Position numbers and translations under genes: made by a program. 64,000 bases of DNA from Candidatus Latescibacterota bacterium (GTDB lineage Bacteria; Latescibacterota; UBA2968; UBA8231). Positions 39,817-48,812 of the stretch are shown one piece after another. Below the pieces are notes generated by a model. That model ran no database searches, had not been told where the DNA came from, and saw only the letters and a list, made by a program, of their open reading frames with translations. The stretch's first letter is position 1; the number at the start of each line of letters is the position of its first letter. Where the stretch lies: NCBI GenBank assembly GCA_965261395.1, contig OZ253462.1, positions 2,208,001-2,272,000 on the forward strand, read 5' to 3'.

Positions 39817-40828
39817 AGGCCGGCGTGATGGGGGCTGATCCGCGCGCCGCCGAAATGTTGGCTGCTTCGAGCACGCCGATTACCCGGCCTGCGGATTCGG
39901 GGGTAATGACGAGGTCGGCGCGGCCCTGCAGATGCGCGAAAACGTTTTCGTAGTACGCGTTCCAATTGGACTCGGCGAAGGGCACCTCGGTGCTCATCTG
40001 GCGGCCGTTGATCAGCGTCTTGACGAGGTACTTGCCGCCCACATCCTCGATCATGCCCTGCGTGCCCAGCACTCGCCAGCGCGGCCGCGGACTCATCGAC
40101 AAGTTGGACATGGTCAGGGTGACGGTGCAACCGCTTTGGAAGCGCAACGTGTATTCGGAGTGGTCCTCGTTGTCGTATTTTTTCCACGCGGGATTTTTGA
40201 CTTGATAGCCACTGACTGAGGCGATTTTTTCCGGGACGATATTCAAAATCCAATCCGTAAAATGCGCGCCCCAGTCGTAGATGGCTCCGCCGGAGATTTT
40301 GCGGTTGGAGCGCCACCAAGTCCCCTGCTCGCCGTAGCCGTAAAATCCGGCCTCGATGCGGAAGACGCGGCCGATGATTTGCTCTTTGAGAATTAGATCG
40401 CGCAGCACCACAAAGTCGCCGTCCCAGCGCCGGTTGTGAAACGTCGAGATCAGGGCCTTGTTCTTTTTAGCCGCCGCCTGCATGCGCTTGACTTCGGCGC
40501 TGGTAATGGCGAGGGGCTTCTCGCAGACTACGTGTACCCCAGCGTCGAGGCACTGCACTGCTAGCTTGGCGTGCGTGTTGTGCGGGGTGATGATCGTCAC
40601 TAAGTCCAAGTTCGCGCTCCGCAGCATGGTGCCGACGCGGCCGTAGGTCTTGATGCCGGGGAAGTGCTCTTCGGCTACTTGACGCCGCTCGGGATCCAGT
40701 TCGCAAACAGCGGCCACTTCGACGCCCTCGTTTCTGGCCATGGAGGTCAGGTGCAACTGACCCATATTGAACGCGCCGCCGTAGCCTATGACACCGACGC
40801 GGAAGTGCTCCTGTTTTTTTGCCGCCAC
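39809..40828 (-). CDS. Gfo/Idh/MocA family oxidoreductase
   Basis: GVIGYG, HVVCEKP, FHNRRWD, GGAIYDWGAH. Confidence 0.92.
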   Translation of the reverse strand: MAAKKQEHFRVGVIGYGGAFNMGQLHLTSMARNEGVEVAAVCELDPERRQVAEEHFPGIKTYGRVGTMLRSANLDLVTIITPHNTHAKLAVQCLDAGVHVVCEKPLAITSAEVKRMQAAAKKNKALISTFHNRRWDGDFVVLRDLILKEQIIGRVFRIEAGFYGYGEQGTWWRSNRKISGGAIYDWGAHFTDWILNIVPEKIASVSGYQVKNPAWKKYDNEDHSEYTLRFQSGCTVTLTMSNLSMSPRPRWRVLGTQGMIEDVGGKYLVKTLINGRQMSTEVPFAESNWNAYYENVFAHLQGRADLVITPESAGRVIGVLEAANISAARGSAPITPAFV

Positions 40829-40983
40829 AGTGTGCTCCTCTGTTATCCGTTAAAGGTTTAAGACCGCGAATCTGCAAAATGTCGCTGTGCGAGTCAATGC
40901 GGTTGGTTTGTCCGTGCCCCAGTCTTTTACTATGTTGAACGCAACAAAATTGTCCCTTCCACAATCAAAATCCCATACGACAG

Positions 40984-43900
40984 ATGGAAACAAAACTAAC
41001 GAGAAAAGACCTAGCCTTCATCGGCGGCTGCGTGCTCCTTGCCGCCGTTAGTTTGGCCGTTGGAGTCCACTATTTCTATCGGGCCTTTCCCGAAGCCTCA
41101 ATCGACTTTCGCGTCACCCGCGACGAGGCCAAGGAGCAGGCGGCCGACTTTCTCGCCGCCCGCGGCTTTGACCTCGCCGCCTACCGTCACAGCGCCATTT
41201 TTCGCTACGACAACCAGACCAAAACCTTCCTCGAGCGCGAGCTGGGTCTCGAGGGAGCCACGCAGGTCATCGGCAATCCCGTGCAGTTGTGGCGCTGGAG
41301 CAACCGCTGGGTGCGGGAGTTGGAAAAGGAGGAGTTCCAGGCCACGGTTACAACTTCTGGCGAGCTCGTCAGTTTTAGCCACCTCATTGAGGAAGAAGCG
41401 CCCGGCGCGAGCCTCGCAGAAGCCGAAGCCCGCCGCTTGGCCGCGACCTTTCTCACTGGTGAGCTTGGCCGCGACCTCGCCGCGCTCGACTTCGTAGAGG
41501 CGCAGGCCCAAGAGCGACCCAACCGCATCGACTACACCTTTAGCTGGAAGCTGCGCGACTTCGCCGTTGGCGAGGCCCACTACCGCTTCTACGTGCGCAT
41601 CCAAGGCGACGAGATCGGCGGCTTTGGCGAGTATCTCAAAATCCCCGAAGCTTGGGAGCGCGACTACGCCGAGCTGCGGTCGCGCAACGAGACCACGGGC
41701 TTGGTGGCCGGGACCTTACTCATCCTAACCATACTGGCGATGCTGGTCTCGTTCTTTAGCGGCGTCCGCGCCCGAGACATCCGCTGGAAGACCGCGGCGA
41801 TCTTCGGGGCCATCGCCGCAGTTCTAACCCTGCTGGCCGAACTCAACAACCTGCCGCTGACCTCGTTTAGCTACGACACGACCGATACATACGGGTCCTT
41901 TCTGACGGGGCAATTGCTCAACAGCCTGTTCGCCGCCGCTGCCCAAGGCATCCTCATCTTCTTTCTCACCGCGGCGGCCGAGCCTTTGTACCGACGCTAC
42001 TACGCAAACCAAATCCAGATCGGAGGCCAGTTTACGCCAGCGGGCTTGCGCACCAAGCGCTTTCTCCTCGGCACCATCCTCGGCTTGGCCATGACTCCCG
42101 CCTTTTTGGCCTACCAGGTTCTCTTTTACATCACAGCCGAGCAATTCGGCGCTTGGAGCCCGGCGGACATTCCCTACAGCGCGATGATCAACACGTACAT
42201 CCCTTGGATCATGGTGCTGTTGATCGGCTTTATGCCCGCGGTCTCCGAGGAGTTCATCTCCCGGGCGTTTTCGATTCCTTTTCTCCATAAATACCTCAAG
42301 TCGCGCTGGGCTGCGGTTGTCATCGCGGGCCTTATATGGGGGTTCGCCCATGCCGGCTATCCGCAACAACCCTTTTACATTCGCGGCATTGAGGTGGGCA
42401 TCGGCGGTATTATCGTCGGCTATATTTTTCTTCGCTTCGGGATCCTCGCCCCCCTCGTATGGCACTACACGATCGACGCCCTGTACACGTCCCTAATCCT
42501 CTTCCGCTCGTCCAACAGCTACTTCATCGTCTCAGCGGCCTTGTCCGCGGGCCTGATGCTCCTGCCCTTGGCGGTGGCCCTCGTCCTCTACTTGCGGCAG
42601 CGCCGCTTCGCCGACCCAACGCCTTTGCTCAACAAAAGCGCTGCGCCCGCCGCCCCGGAAGCCGGCGCGGACGAGCCTACAGCGCCACAGCCCGCCGCCC
42701 CGGCCCCCACGTTTGCCTATACCCGGCTGTCTAAGCGGCGCATGGGTTGGGCCGCCGCGGTGGTCGTGGCCTCGCTGGGCCTTTTCGCCCTCGACTACGA
42801 AAAGCCGCTCAACTTTGTCGATGTCCGCCTGACTCAGGCCGAGGCCAAGGCCAAGGCCATTGAGCATCTAGCGGCGGCCGGCGCGGATGCCTCGGCATAC
42901 GAGGTGGTTACCTACTACCAAAACCAACCGGACGCGATGGCGATCCGCTACATCCTAGAGCGCGACTCGGTGGCCGTCGTCAATCGCCTGTACCAAGAAG
43001 ATCTGTCGGCCAGCTTGTGGGTGACACGCTTTTTCCGCTACGGAGAAAAGGAGGAATATCGGGTCGCTGTCCATCCAGAAGACGGCTCCCTCTACAGCAT
43101 AAATCACCTGCTAGCCGAAGAGGCCGAGGGCGCGGACCTCGAAGAGGCACAAGCCCAGGCAATAGCTGTCGATCACCTGCGCTCCTTTGGTCTCGATCCC
43201 GAGCGTTTGGAGCTAAAGGAAGCCTCGTCGGAAAAGCTCCCCAACCGCCGCGATCACCGCTTCGTCTTCGAAGCTGTCGAGGGTGACGCGCGCAACGTCG
43301 ATGAGTTGCGCTATCGGGTGCGGGTCAACGTGGCCGGCGACGAGCCGGTTTCTATCTATCGCTTCCTCAAAGTGCCCGAGGATTGGCAGCGTGAACGCCA
43401 GGAGAGCACCACGCTTAAAACCGCGCTTTCCGGCCTGCTCATCGTCTTGATTGCCGCCGTGGTGCTGCACGGCCTGTGGCTGCTCGTGCGCCGCGTGCGG
43501 AACGAGGGCCTAGCTTGGGCACCGCTGGTCAAAATTTCCGCAGTTGGGGCGGCCTTCTTATTACTCGACTTTCTCAATGGCCTGTCGGTTGTCGAACGCG
43601 CCTACGATACCCGCCTCACGCTGTCGATCTTTACCATCACCCAGATGCTTAGCTTCGTCTTGGGCAGCTTGGGGGTCGGCTTGATGATCCTCGCGGCCCT
43701 CGGCTTGGCCACCAGCCTCTATCCAGACTGGCCGGCGCGTCTGCGGGCTGCGCGGCGCGTGCCCGAATTCCGCGACGCGGTCGTCGGGGTTGCGCTGGTC
43801 CTCGTCGCCAGAGAGACGTGGCAGCACTTGCGCGGCTATGTAGAGAGCCGATTCATTGCCTCCGACCCGAGTCTCGGCTTTGGGCTACCCTCTGGATTGG

Positions 43901-44334
43901 ATCAGTATCTGCCCTTTTGGAATTCCCTGTCCGACGGCGTAATGGGGGCCATCTTCGTCCCGATTATCGCGGGCTTGGTGCTCTACTATAGCCGCGTCGT
44001 GGTAAAAAAGAGGCTCTACGGGGTCTTGGCGGGCTTGGGGGTGGGCTTGATTATGTCCGGTAGCAACGCCGCCCACTTCGACGAGTTCCTCTTTGAGCTG
44101 TTGACGTTTGTCACTAGCGTTGGCTTCGTCGTAGCTGCAATCGTCTTAATCTTGCGGAACAACCTCCTCGCGTACGTGCTATTGGGGTTTGCCTCGGTGC
44201 TCACGGCGGTCAAGGGGCTCGGTGCGCTGTCCGCACCAGCTTATCAGTTACAAGCCGGTATCCTGTTGCTGCTGGCTTTGGTGGTTGTCTTCTGCCTATG
44301 GTGGCGCTTGGGCACCGAGCGCGAGGCGTCCTAA
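40984..44334 (+). CDS. Large CPBP/CAAX-family intramembrane metalloprotease with internal duplication
   Basis: AVSEEFISR, WGFAH, WHYTID; two homologous extracytoplasmic domains. Confidence 0.85.
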   Translation: METKLTRKDLAFIGGCVLLAAVSLAVGVHYFYRAFPEASIDFRVTRDEAKEQAADFLAARGFDLAAYRHSAIFRYDNQTKTFLERELGLEGATQVIGNPVQLWRWSNRWVRELEKEEFQATVTTSGELVSFSHLIEEEAPGASLAEAEARRLAATFLTGELGRDLAALDFVEAQAQERPNRIDYTFSWKLRDFAVGEAHYRFYVRIQGDEIGGFGEYLKIPEAWERDYAELRSRNETTGLVAGTLLILTILAMLVSFFSGVRARDIRWKTAAIFGAIAAVLTLLAELNNLPLTSFSYDTTDTYGSFLTGQLLNSLFAAAAQGILIFFLTAAAEPLYRRYYANQIQIGGQFTPAGLRTKRFLLGTILGLAMTPAFLAYQVLFYITAEQFGAWSPADIPYSAMINTYIPWIMVLLIGFMPAVSEEFISRAFSIPFLHKYLKSRWAAVVIAGLIWGFAHAGYPQQPFYIRGIEVGIGGIIVGYIFLRFGILAPLVWHYTIDALYTSLILFRSSNSYFIVSAALSAGLMLLPLAVALVLYLRQRRFADPTPLLNKSAAPAAPEAGADEPTAPQPAAPAPTFAYTRLSKRRMGWAAAVVVASLGLFALDYEKPLNFVDVRLTQAEAKAKAIEHLAAAGADASAYEVVTYYQNQPDAMAIRYILERDSVAVVNRLYQEDLSASLWVTRFFRYGEKEEYRVAVHPEDGSLYSINHLLAEEAEGADLEEAQAQAIAVDHLRSFGLDPERLELKEASSEKLPNRRDHRFVFEAVEGDARNVDELRYRVRVNVAGDEPVSIYRFLKVPEDWQRERQESTTLKTALSGLLIVLIAAVVLHGLWLLVRRVRNEGLAWAPLVKISAVGAAFLLLDFLNGLSVVERAYDTRLTLSIFTITQMLSFVLGSLGVGLMILAALGLATSLYPDWPARLRAARRVPEFRDAVVGVALVLVARETWQHLRGYVESRFIASDPSLGFGLPSGLDQYLPFWNSLSDGVMGAIFVPIIAGLVLYYSRVVVKKRLYGVLAGLGVGLIMSGSNAAHFDEFLFELLTFVTSVGFVVAAIVLILRNNLLAYVLLGFASVLTAVKGLGALSAPAYQLQAGILLLLALVVVFCLWWRLGTEREAS

Positions 44335-44340
44335 AGCGGG

Positions 44341-45591
44341 ATGATGGAGCTTATTTCGTCCGTCGCCCTGCTGTGGGCATGGTTCGAGCGCCTAGTGGCG
44401 TGGATCCCGCGCTTCCTCCTCGTCGCTACGGCGGCGTACGTCATCCTCTATTTTGCGACGCTGGCCTTGGTCGCTGCGGTGCATCGGCACTGGTGGCGCG
44501 TCGCCTGGTTCCGCCGTCTGCTCTACTGGCAGTTCCCCCTGCCCCTATTAGGCGTGGTGTTCTGCGGCCTGAGCCGCTACCGCGATGTGCCTTGGCTGTG
44601 GACCGTCGGCACGAGCCTGTTCTCGGCCCTCGCTCTTTACCTCGGGGCCTTCTTCATCGCTGCACTGCTGATGACGCCGGTCGTCTTGGGCGTCTCGCTC
44701 TACGACCGTTTGCGACAAGGGGGGACGGAGGAGCCTAGTTCGGTTGAGCGGCGGCGCTTCCTTGGCCGCGGCCTCGCTGTGGTGCCCGCTCTTGGGGCGG
44801 TGGGCGTCAGCCACGGCATCTACACCTCCTATACTGGCACGCGCATGCCTGCGGTGCCGCTCCGCTATCCCGACCTGCCCGCCGAGCTAGAAGGCTTGAA
44901 GATCCTCCATCTCAGCGACCTACACATCGGACCGTACATCCAGCTCGCCGACCTCGAAGCCCTGCTCGCGCGCGCAGCCCAAGCCGCACCGGATCTGGTT
45001 TTGATTACCGGCGATATATGCGACCACAATCCGGATTACTTGGCGACTCTGCGCCTGCTCGAAAGCGTTCCGGCTCGGCTTGGGGCCTATGCCAGCTTGG
45101 GCAACCACGAGTACATGCGCGGCATCCGCCGCATCCGTCGGCACTTCGACCAGACCACAATCCCCTTGCTCGTGAACGAAGGGCTGTCGATGCCGGTGGG
45201 AGCGGCAACTCTCTATCTCGGCGGGGTTGACGACCCGCGCTGGCTGCGCAGCCCGGCGTCCTACGCGCAACTCCGCAACTCAGTGGAAAAGGCCGTAAGC
45301 GCGTCGCCGAGCGATGCCTTCACCGTGCTAATGAGCCATCGCTCGCAAGCCCTCGACTACGCCGCGCCCCTCGGCGGCACCGACCTGATTCTGGCCGGCC
45401 ACACGCACGGCTTCCAGCTAGGCTTGGCCGGTCGCAGCTTTTTTGAGCCGTTTTTTCCCGAGCGCTATATCTGGGGCCACTACGAAAAGGGAACCACCCA
45501 GCTCTACACTACAGCCGGAGTTGGGCACTGGCTGCCCTTCCGCTTCGGCTGCCCGCCCGAGGCCCCGATCATCACCCTGCACCGAGCTTAA
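44341..45591 (+). CDS. Membrane-anchored metallophosphoesterase (YkuE/YaeI-like)
   Basis: SDLH, TGD, GNHE, GHTHG; N-terminal TMs and an internal RRRFL. Confidence 0.9.
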   Translation: MMELISSVALLWAWFERLVAWIPRFLLVATAAYVILYFATLALVAAVHRHWWRVAWFRRLLYWQFPLPLLGVVFCGLSRYRDVPWLWTVGTSLFSALALYLGAFFIAALLMTPVVLGVSLYDRLRQGGTEEPSSVERRRFLGRGLAVVPALGAVGVSHGIYTSYTGTRMPAVPLRYPDLPAELEGLKILHLSDLHIGPYIQLADLEALLARAAQAAPDLVLITGDICDHNPDYLATLRLLESVPARLGAYASLGNHEYMRGIRRIRRHFDQTTIPLLVNEGLSMPVGAATLYLGGVDDPRWLRSPASYAQLRNSVEKAVSASPSDAFTVLMSHRSQALDYAAPLGGTDLILAGHTHGFQLGLAGRSFFEPFFPERYIWGHYEKGTTQLYTTAGVGHWLPFRFGCPPEAPIITLHRA

Positions 45592-45606
45592 AGAAAGGAA
45601 CGTACC

Positions 45607-46305
45607 ATGCGCGTACTCGTAACCGGCGCGGCTGGTCGCGTCGGATCTACCGTAGCCCGCGGCCTGCAAGCGCGTCACGAGGTGCGCGGCCACGACCGCG
45701 TGCCCATGCCCGACCTCGCCGATACAGTCGTCTCCGACCTCGCCGATTTCGACTCTATGTTAGAAGCCACTCGCGGCGTGGACGCCGTCGCCCACATTGG
45801 GGGTCTGCCCGGCGGTAACGAGTGGGAGACCATGCTACAGGGCAACTTCATCGGCACGTACAACGTGTTTGAGGCTGCCCGCCAAAACGGCGTCAAGCGC
45901 GTCGCCTATGCCAGCCGCGCCGGGGTCTTAACCCTCTATCCGCGCAGCATCCGCCGCACGGTCGAGATGACTACCACCCCGGTGGGCATCTACACGGTTA
46001 GCAAGGTCTTCGCCGAGGCTTTGGCCCACTCTTTTGCCCATCAGCACGATATGGAATTTGTCTGCGTGCGCATCGGCAACTTCAACCTCGATCGAGACCA
46101 ACCCGAACATCCACATCATCTCAGCCACGGCGATTGCGTGCGGGTGTTTGAGCAGGCGCTGATCCATCCGGGCGTAAAGTTTGAAATCGTCTTTGGGGTG
46201 TCGGGTAGCAACTGGCCGCTCTACGACGTCGAACACGGCAAAAGGGCGATTGGCTACGAGCCGCAGGATTATTCGGAGGTGCCGGAGGAGGAGTGGGGGA
46301 GGTAG
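45607..46305 (+). CDS. NAD-dependent epimerase/dehydratase (uronate-dehydrogenase-like)
   Basis: TGAAGRVG, GTYNVFEAA, YTVSK, VRIG. Confidence 0.88.
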   Translation: MRVLVTGAAGRVGSTVARGLQARHEVRGHDRVPMPDLADTVVSDLADFDSMLEATRGVDAVAHIGGLPGGNEWETMLQGNFIGTYNVFEAARQNGVKRVAYASRAGVLTLYPRSIRRTVEMTTTPVGIYTVSKVFAEALAHSFAHQHDMEFVCVRIGNFNLDRDQPEHPHHLSHGDCVRVFEQALIHPGVKFEIVFGVSGSNWPLYDVEHGKRAIGYEPQDYSEVPEEEWGR

Positions 46306-46570
46306 GGGCCGTTTAGACTGCCAATGAGACGCCGACGGCTGTAAAGCGCGTTGGATGATTGGGATTGAGACGATGGGGCACTCTTGCTTGACGAGTCTCG
46401 ACATAGGAAGTATTGTGTAACCCAAGTATAAATTACCTAACAGCCATGCTGGACCAGAAGGAGTTTTTCGGGCATATCTGGCCAATTGGTTGGGTATGAG
46501 AGACATGGGCCGAACTTCAATAGTCTCTGTTCTCTCTATGGACTGCTTTTGTGAGGATAAAAATTAAGCG

Positions 46571-48637
46571 ATGGACTACGAAAAGCTTAAAGCACATCAG
46601 ACGGTTTTGCTAGATCTCTATACATCCTTGAGCGAAACCCTTAAAAGAGAGGGTGATGAGGTTGATTCAGACCTAAAGGCGATGCAAGAGAATATTGCAG
46701 CGGAGAAGTTTTTGCTCGCCATCGTTGGGGAAGTAAAGGCAGGGAAATCGACCTTCATCAATGCAATTCTTGGGGAGGCCATGTTGCCTTCTGATGATCT
46801 ACAAGCGACCTCTCAAATAGTTGAAATCTACAAATCTAATAAGATAGAGGTTGGATCTACTTTCGCTAATGGCAGATCGGAAGTCGTTGAGGAAGATAAA
46901 GCAGTTCCATTTCTCAAAGAAATTGCTTCCATCAATGACGATTCTCGCGGTATTCCAATCGTCCAAGTCAGCAGATTCCTGATTGATCATTACAGCGAAG
47001 CAAAGAGAATGGCTGTATTTAAGGAAAAAGAATTGGAGAATTTCTTAAACTCTGATCTTGAAAACATCTATAAATTAGATAAGGAGGAATTTCAAGGAAA
47101 AATCCGCGAATATATCAAGAAAAATATATCATGTGATAAGATTCCCCAAAGAGTTTCCCTCGGTTATCCACATGATTTTTCTGAATTCAAGCATTTCAGA
47201 GTCGTAGATACGCCAGGTATTAATGCGATTGGCGGAATTGAAGATCAAACGAAAGACTTCATTGACGAGGCTGATGCGGTTGTTTATTTGCACGACGCAA
47301 GCCAACTAGAAAGTAAAGCACTTCGCAATGCATTGGAAAAGGAAATCCCTAAAAGGGTTAAAGATCGTCTGATACTTGTCTTGACTCATAGAAGCGAGAA
47401 ATTTTATCCTGGTAGCGATGAACATGAGAAAATATTGAGAGAGGCTAAGAAGCTTTACTCTGAGATTGGATCAGATAACATCTTTTTTGTTGATAGTCTG
47501 ATTGAGCTACATTTGAAAGAGTTCTATGGGAAATCGATGGATGAGATCGATGCTATTCGCAAAGAAGATCCGCAATTACGAAGTTTAACCGCTAGTTGTT
47601 TTGAGGAGGCTGATGGTAATGAATATGTCCTTCTAGACCTATTAGAAGAACAGTCGAATTTCAGAGAAATTCGAGAAAGAATCGAAAGAGACTCAATAGA
47701 TTCTGCTTCTTTTCAAATGAAGAATTTTGCTAGTGCCATGCAAGAAGTGTATGGAGTTATTGAAAAAGAAATTAAAGTACGCATAGCAGACCTGAGAGAG
47801 GATTATAGGGATCCTCAGTTTTTTGCGTCGAAGATACAGAATCAAAAAGATAAAATGGAAAGAATGAAAAGAGATTACAATGAATTTAAAGACAGATTGA
47901 GGGTAGAATTCTCTCCTAGTGATGAGAACAGCAGGTATTCTCAAGAAGTAAATAAAATGATGAAGAGGTTGTCTGACAGGATTAGGAAGAAAATTTTTGA
48001 GCCTAACGACCATAATGACCAGAAAGAAGTAAAAGTCCAGCATTGGGTAAGGACTTTGCACCGCAAATTTGATAATGAAATGGCCAGTTTTGTTGATACA
48101 CTGAATGTAAATTTCCAAAAAGAAATAGAGGTATCGTATAGGAATGTTGGAGTACAAATTGATCACGAAATAAACGTGCCAATGACACCTTTGGACAGTA
48201 TATGGGATACTGTATCCAATGCAGTCGAGGAGAAGACAAATAAGGAATTAGCCGAGGTGGAGAAAAATTTTCGGGATCGTGTAAAATTTGTTTTTTTTCG
48301 TAGATACACTGAAGCTACAGAGGGTAAAAGAGACGAAATAAGGAGTTCTTTTCCAATATACTATTGGGACGAACTACGACCTGAGCTTAGAGAACTCTAC
48401 AAGGGGACAAAGACTAAATTGTCGAAGCAAATCAGTGCGATGATAAATAGCACCTGTGAGGAATATGAGAGTAAACTAGATAGAGAACTTCTAGAGCAAA
48501 AGCAGGATATGAAGAAATTTGAGGAGGATAAAATGAAAAATGAAAAATTAGGAAAAAATATTTTAAGTCTTGAAGAAAAAGAGAAAATAATTAATGATAA
48601 CATTCAAGAATGTATAAGAGTAGGAGGGGAACTGTAA
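46571..48637 (+). CDS. Bacterial dynamin-like GTPase
   Basis: G1 GEVKAGKSTFINAILG, G2 region LPSDDLQAT, G3 VDTPG, atypical G4 THRS, and a long helical/coiled-coil C-terminus. Confidence 0.88.
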   Translation: MDYEKLKAHQTVLLDLYTSLSETLKREGDEVDSDLKAMQENIAAEKFLLAIVGEVKAGKSTFINAILGEAMLPSDDLQATSQIVEIYKSNKIEVGSTFANGRSEVVEEDKAVPFLKEIASINDDSRGIPIVQVSRFLIDHYSEAKRMAVFKEKELENFLNSDLENIYKLDKEEFQGKIREYIKKNISCDKIPQRVSLGYPHDFSEFKHFRVVDTPGINAIGGIEDQTKDFIDEADAVVYLHDASQLESKALRNALEKEIPKRVKDRLILVLTHRSEKFYPGSDEHEKILREAKKLYSEIGSDNIFFVDSLIELHLKEFYGKSMDEIDAIRKEDPQLRSLTASCFEEADGNEYVLLDLLEEQSNFREIRERIERDSIDSASFQMKNFASAMQEVYGVIEKEIKVRIADLREDYRDPQFFASKIQNQKDKMERMKRDYNEFKDRLRVEFSPSDENSRYSQEVNKMMKRLSDRIRKKIFEPNDHNDQKEVKVQHWVRTLHRKFDNEMASFVDTLNVNFQKEIEVSYRNVGVQIDHEINVPMTPLDSIWDTVSNAVEEKTNKELAEVEKNFRDRVKFVFFRRYTEATEGKRDEIRSSFPIYYWDELRPELRELYKGTKTKLSKQISAMINSTCEEYESKLDRELLEQKQDMKKFEEDKMKNEKLGKNILSLEEKEKIINDNIQECIRVGGEL

Positions 48638-48812
48638 TGGAACTACCATGCGTACCCGACTACTGACGTGTGAACTGATCGGACTCTCTGAAAAGTTCAC
48701 ACAGTTCGTCGCCGAGATGAACAGCTTTGTTTTGGATGTCGCTATGCTGATTTGTATTGAGATGATCGGCTGGCCTATATCAGTAAAATAATACCCGTAG
48801 AGGAAAAAGATA

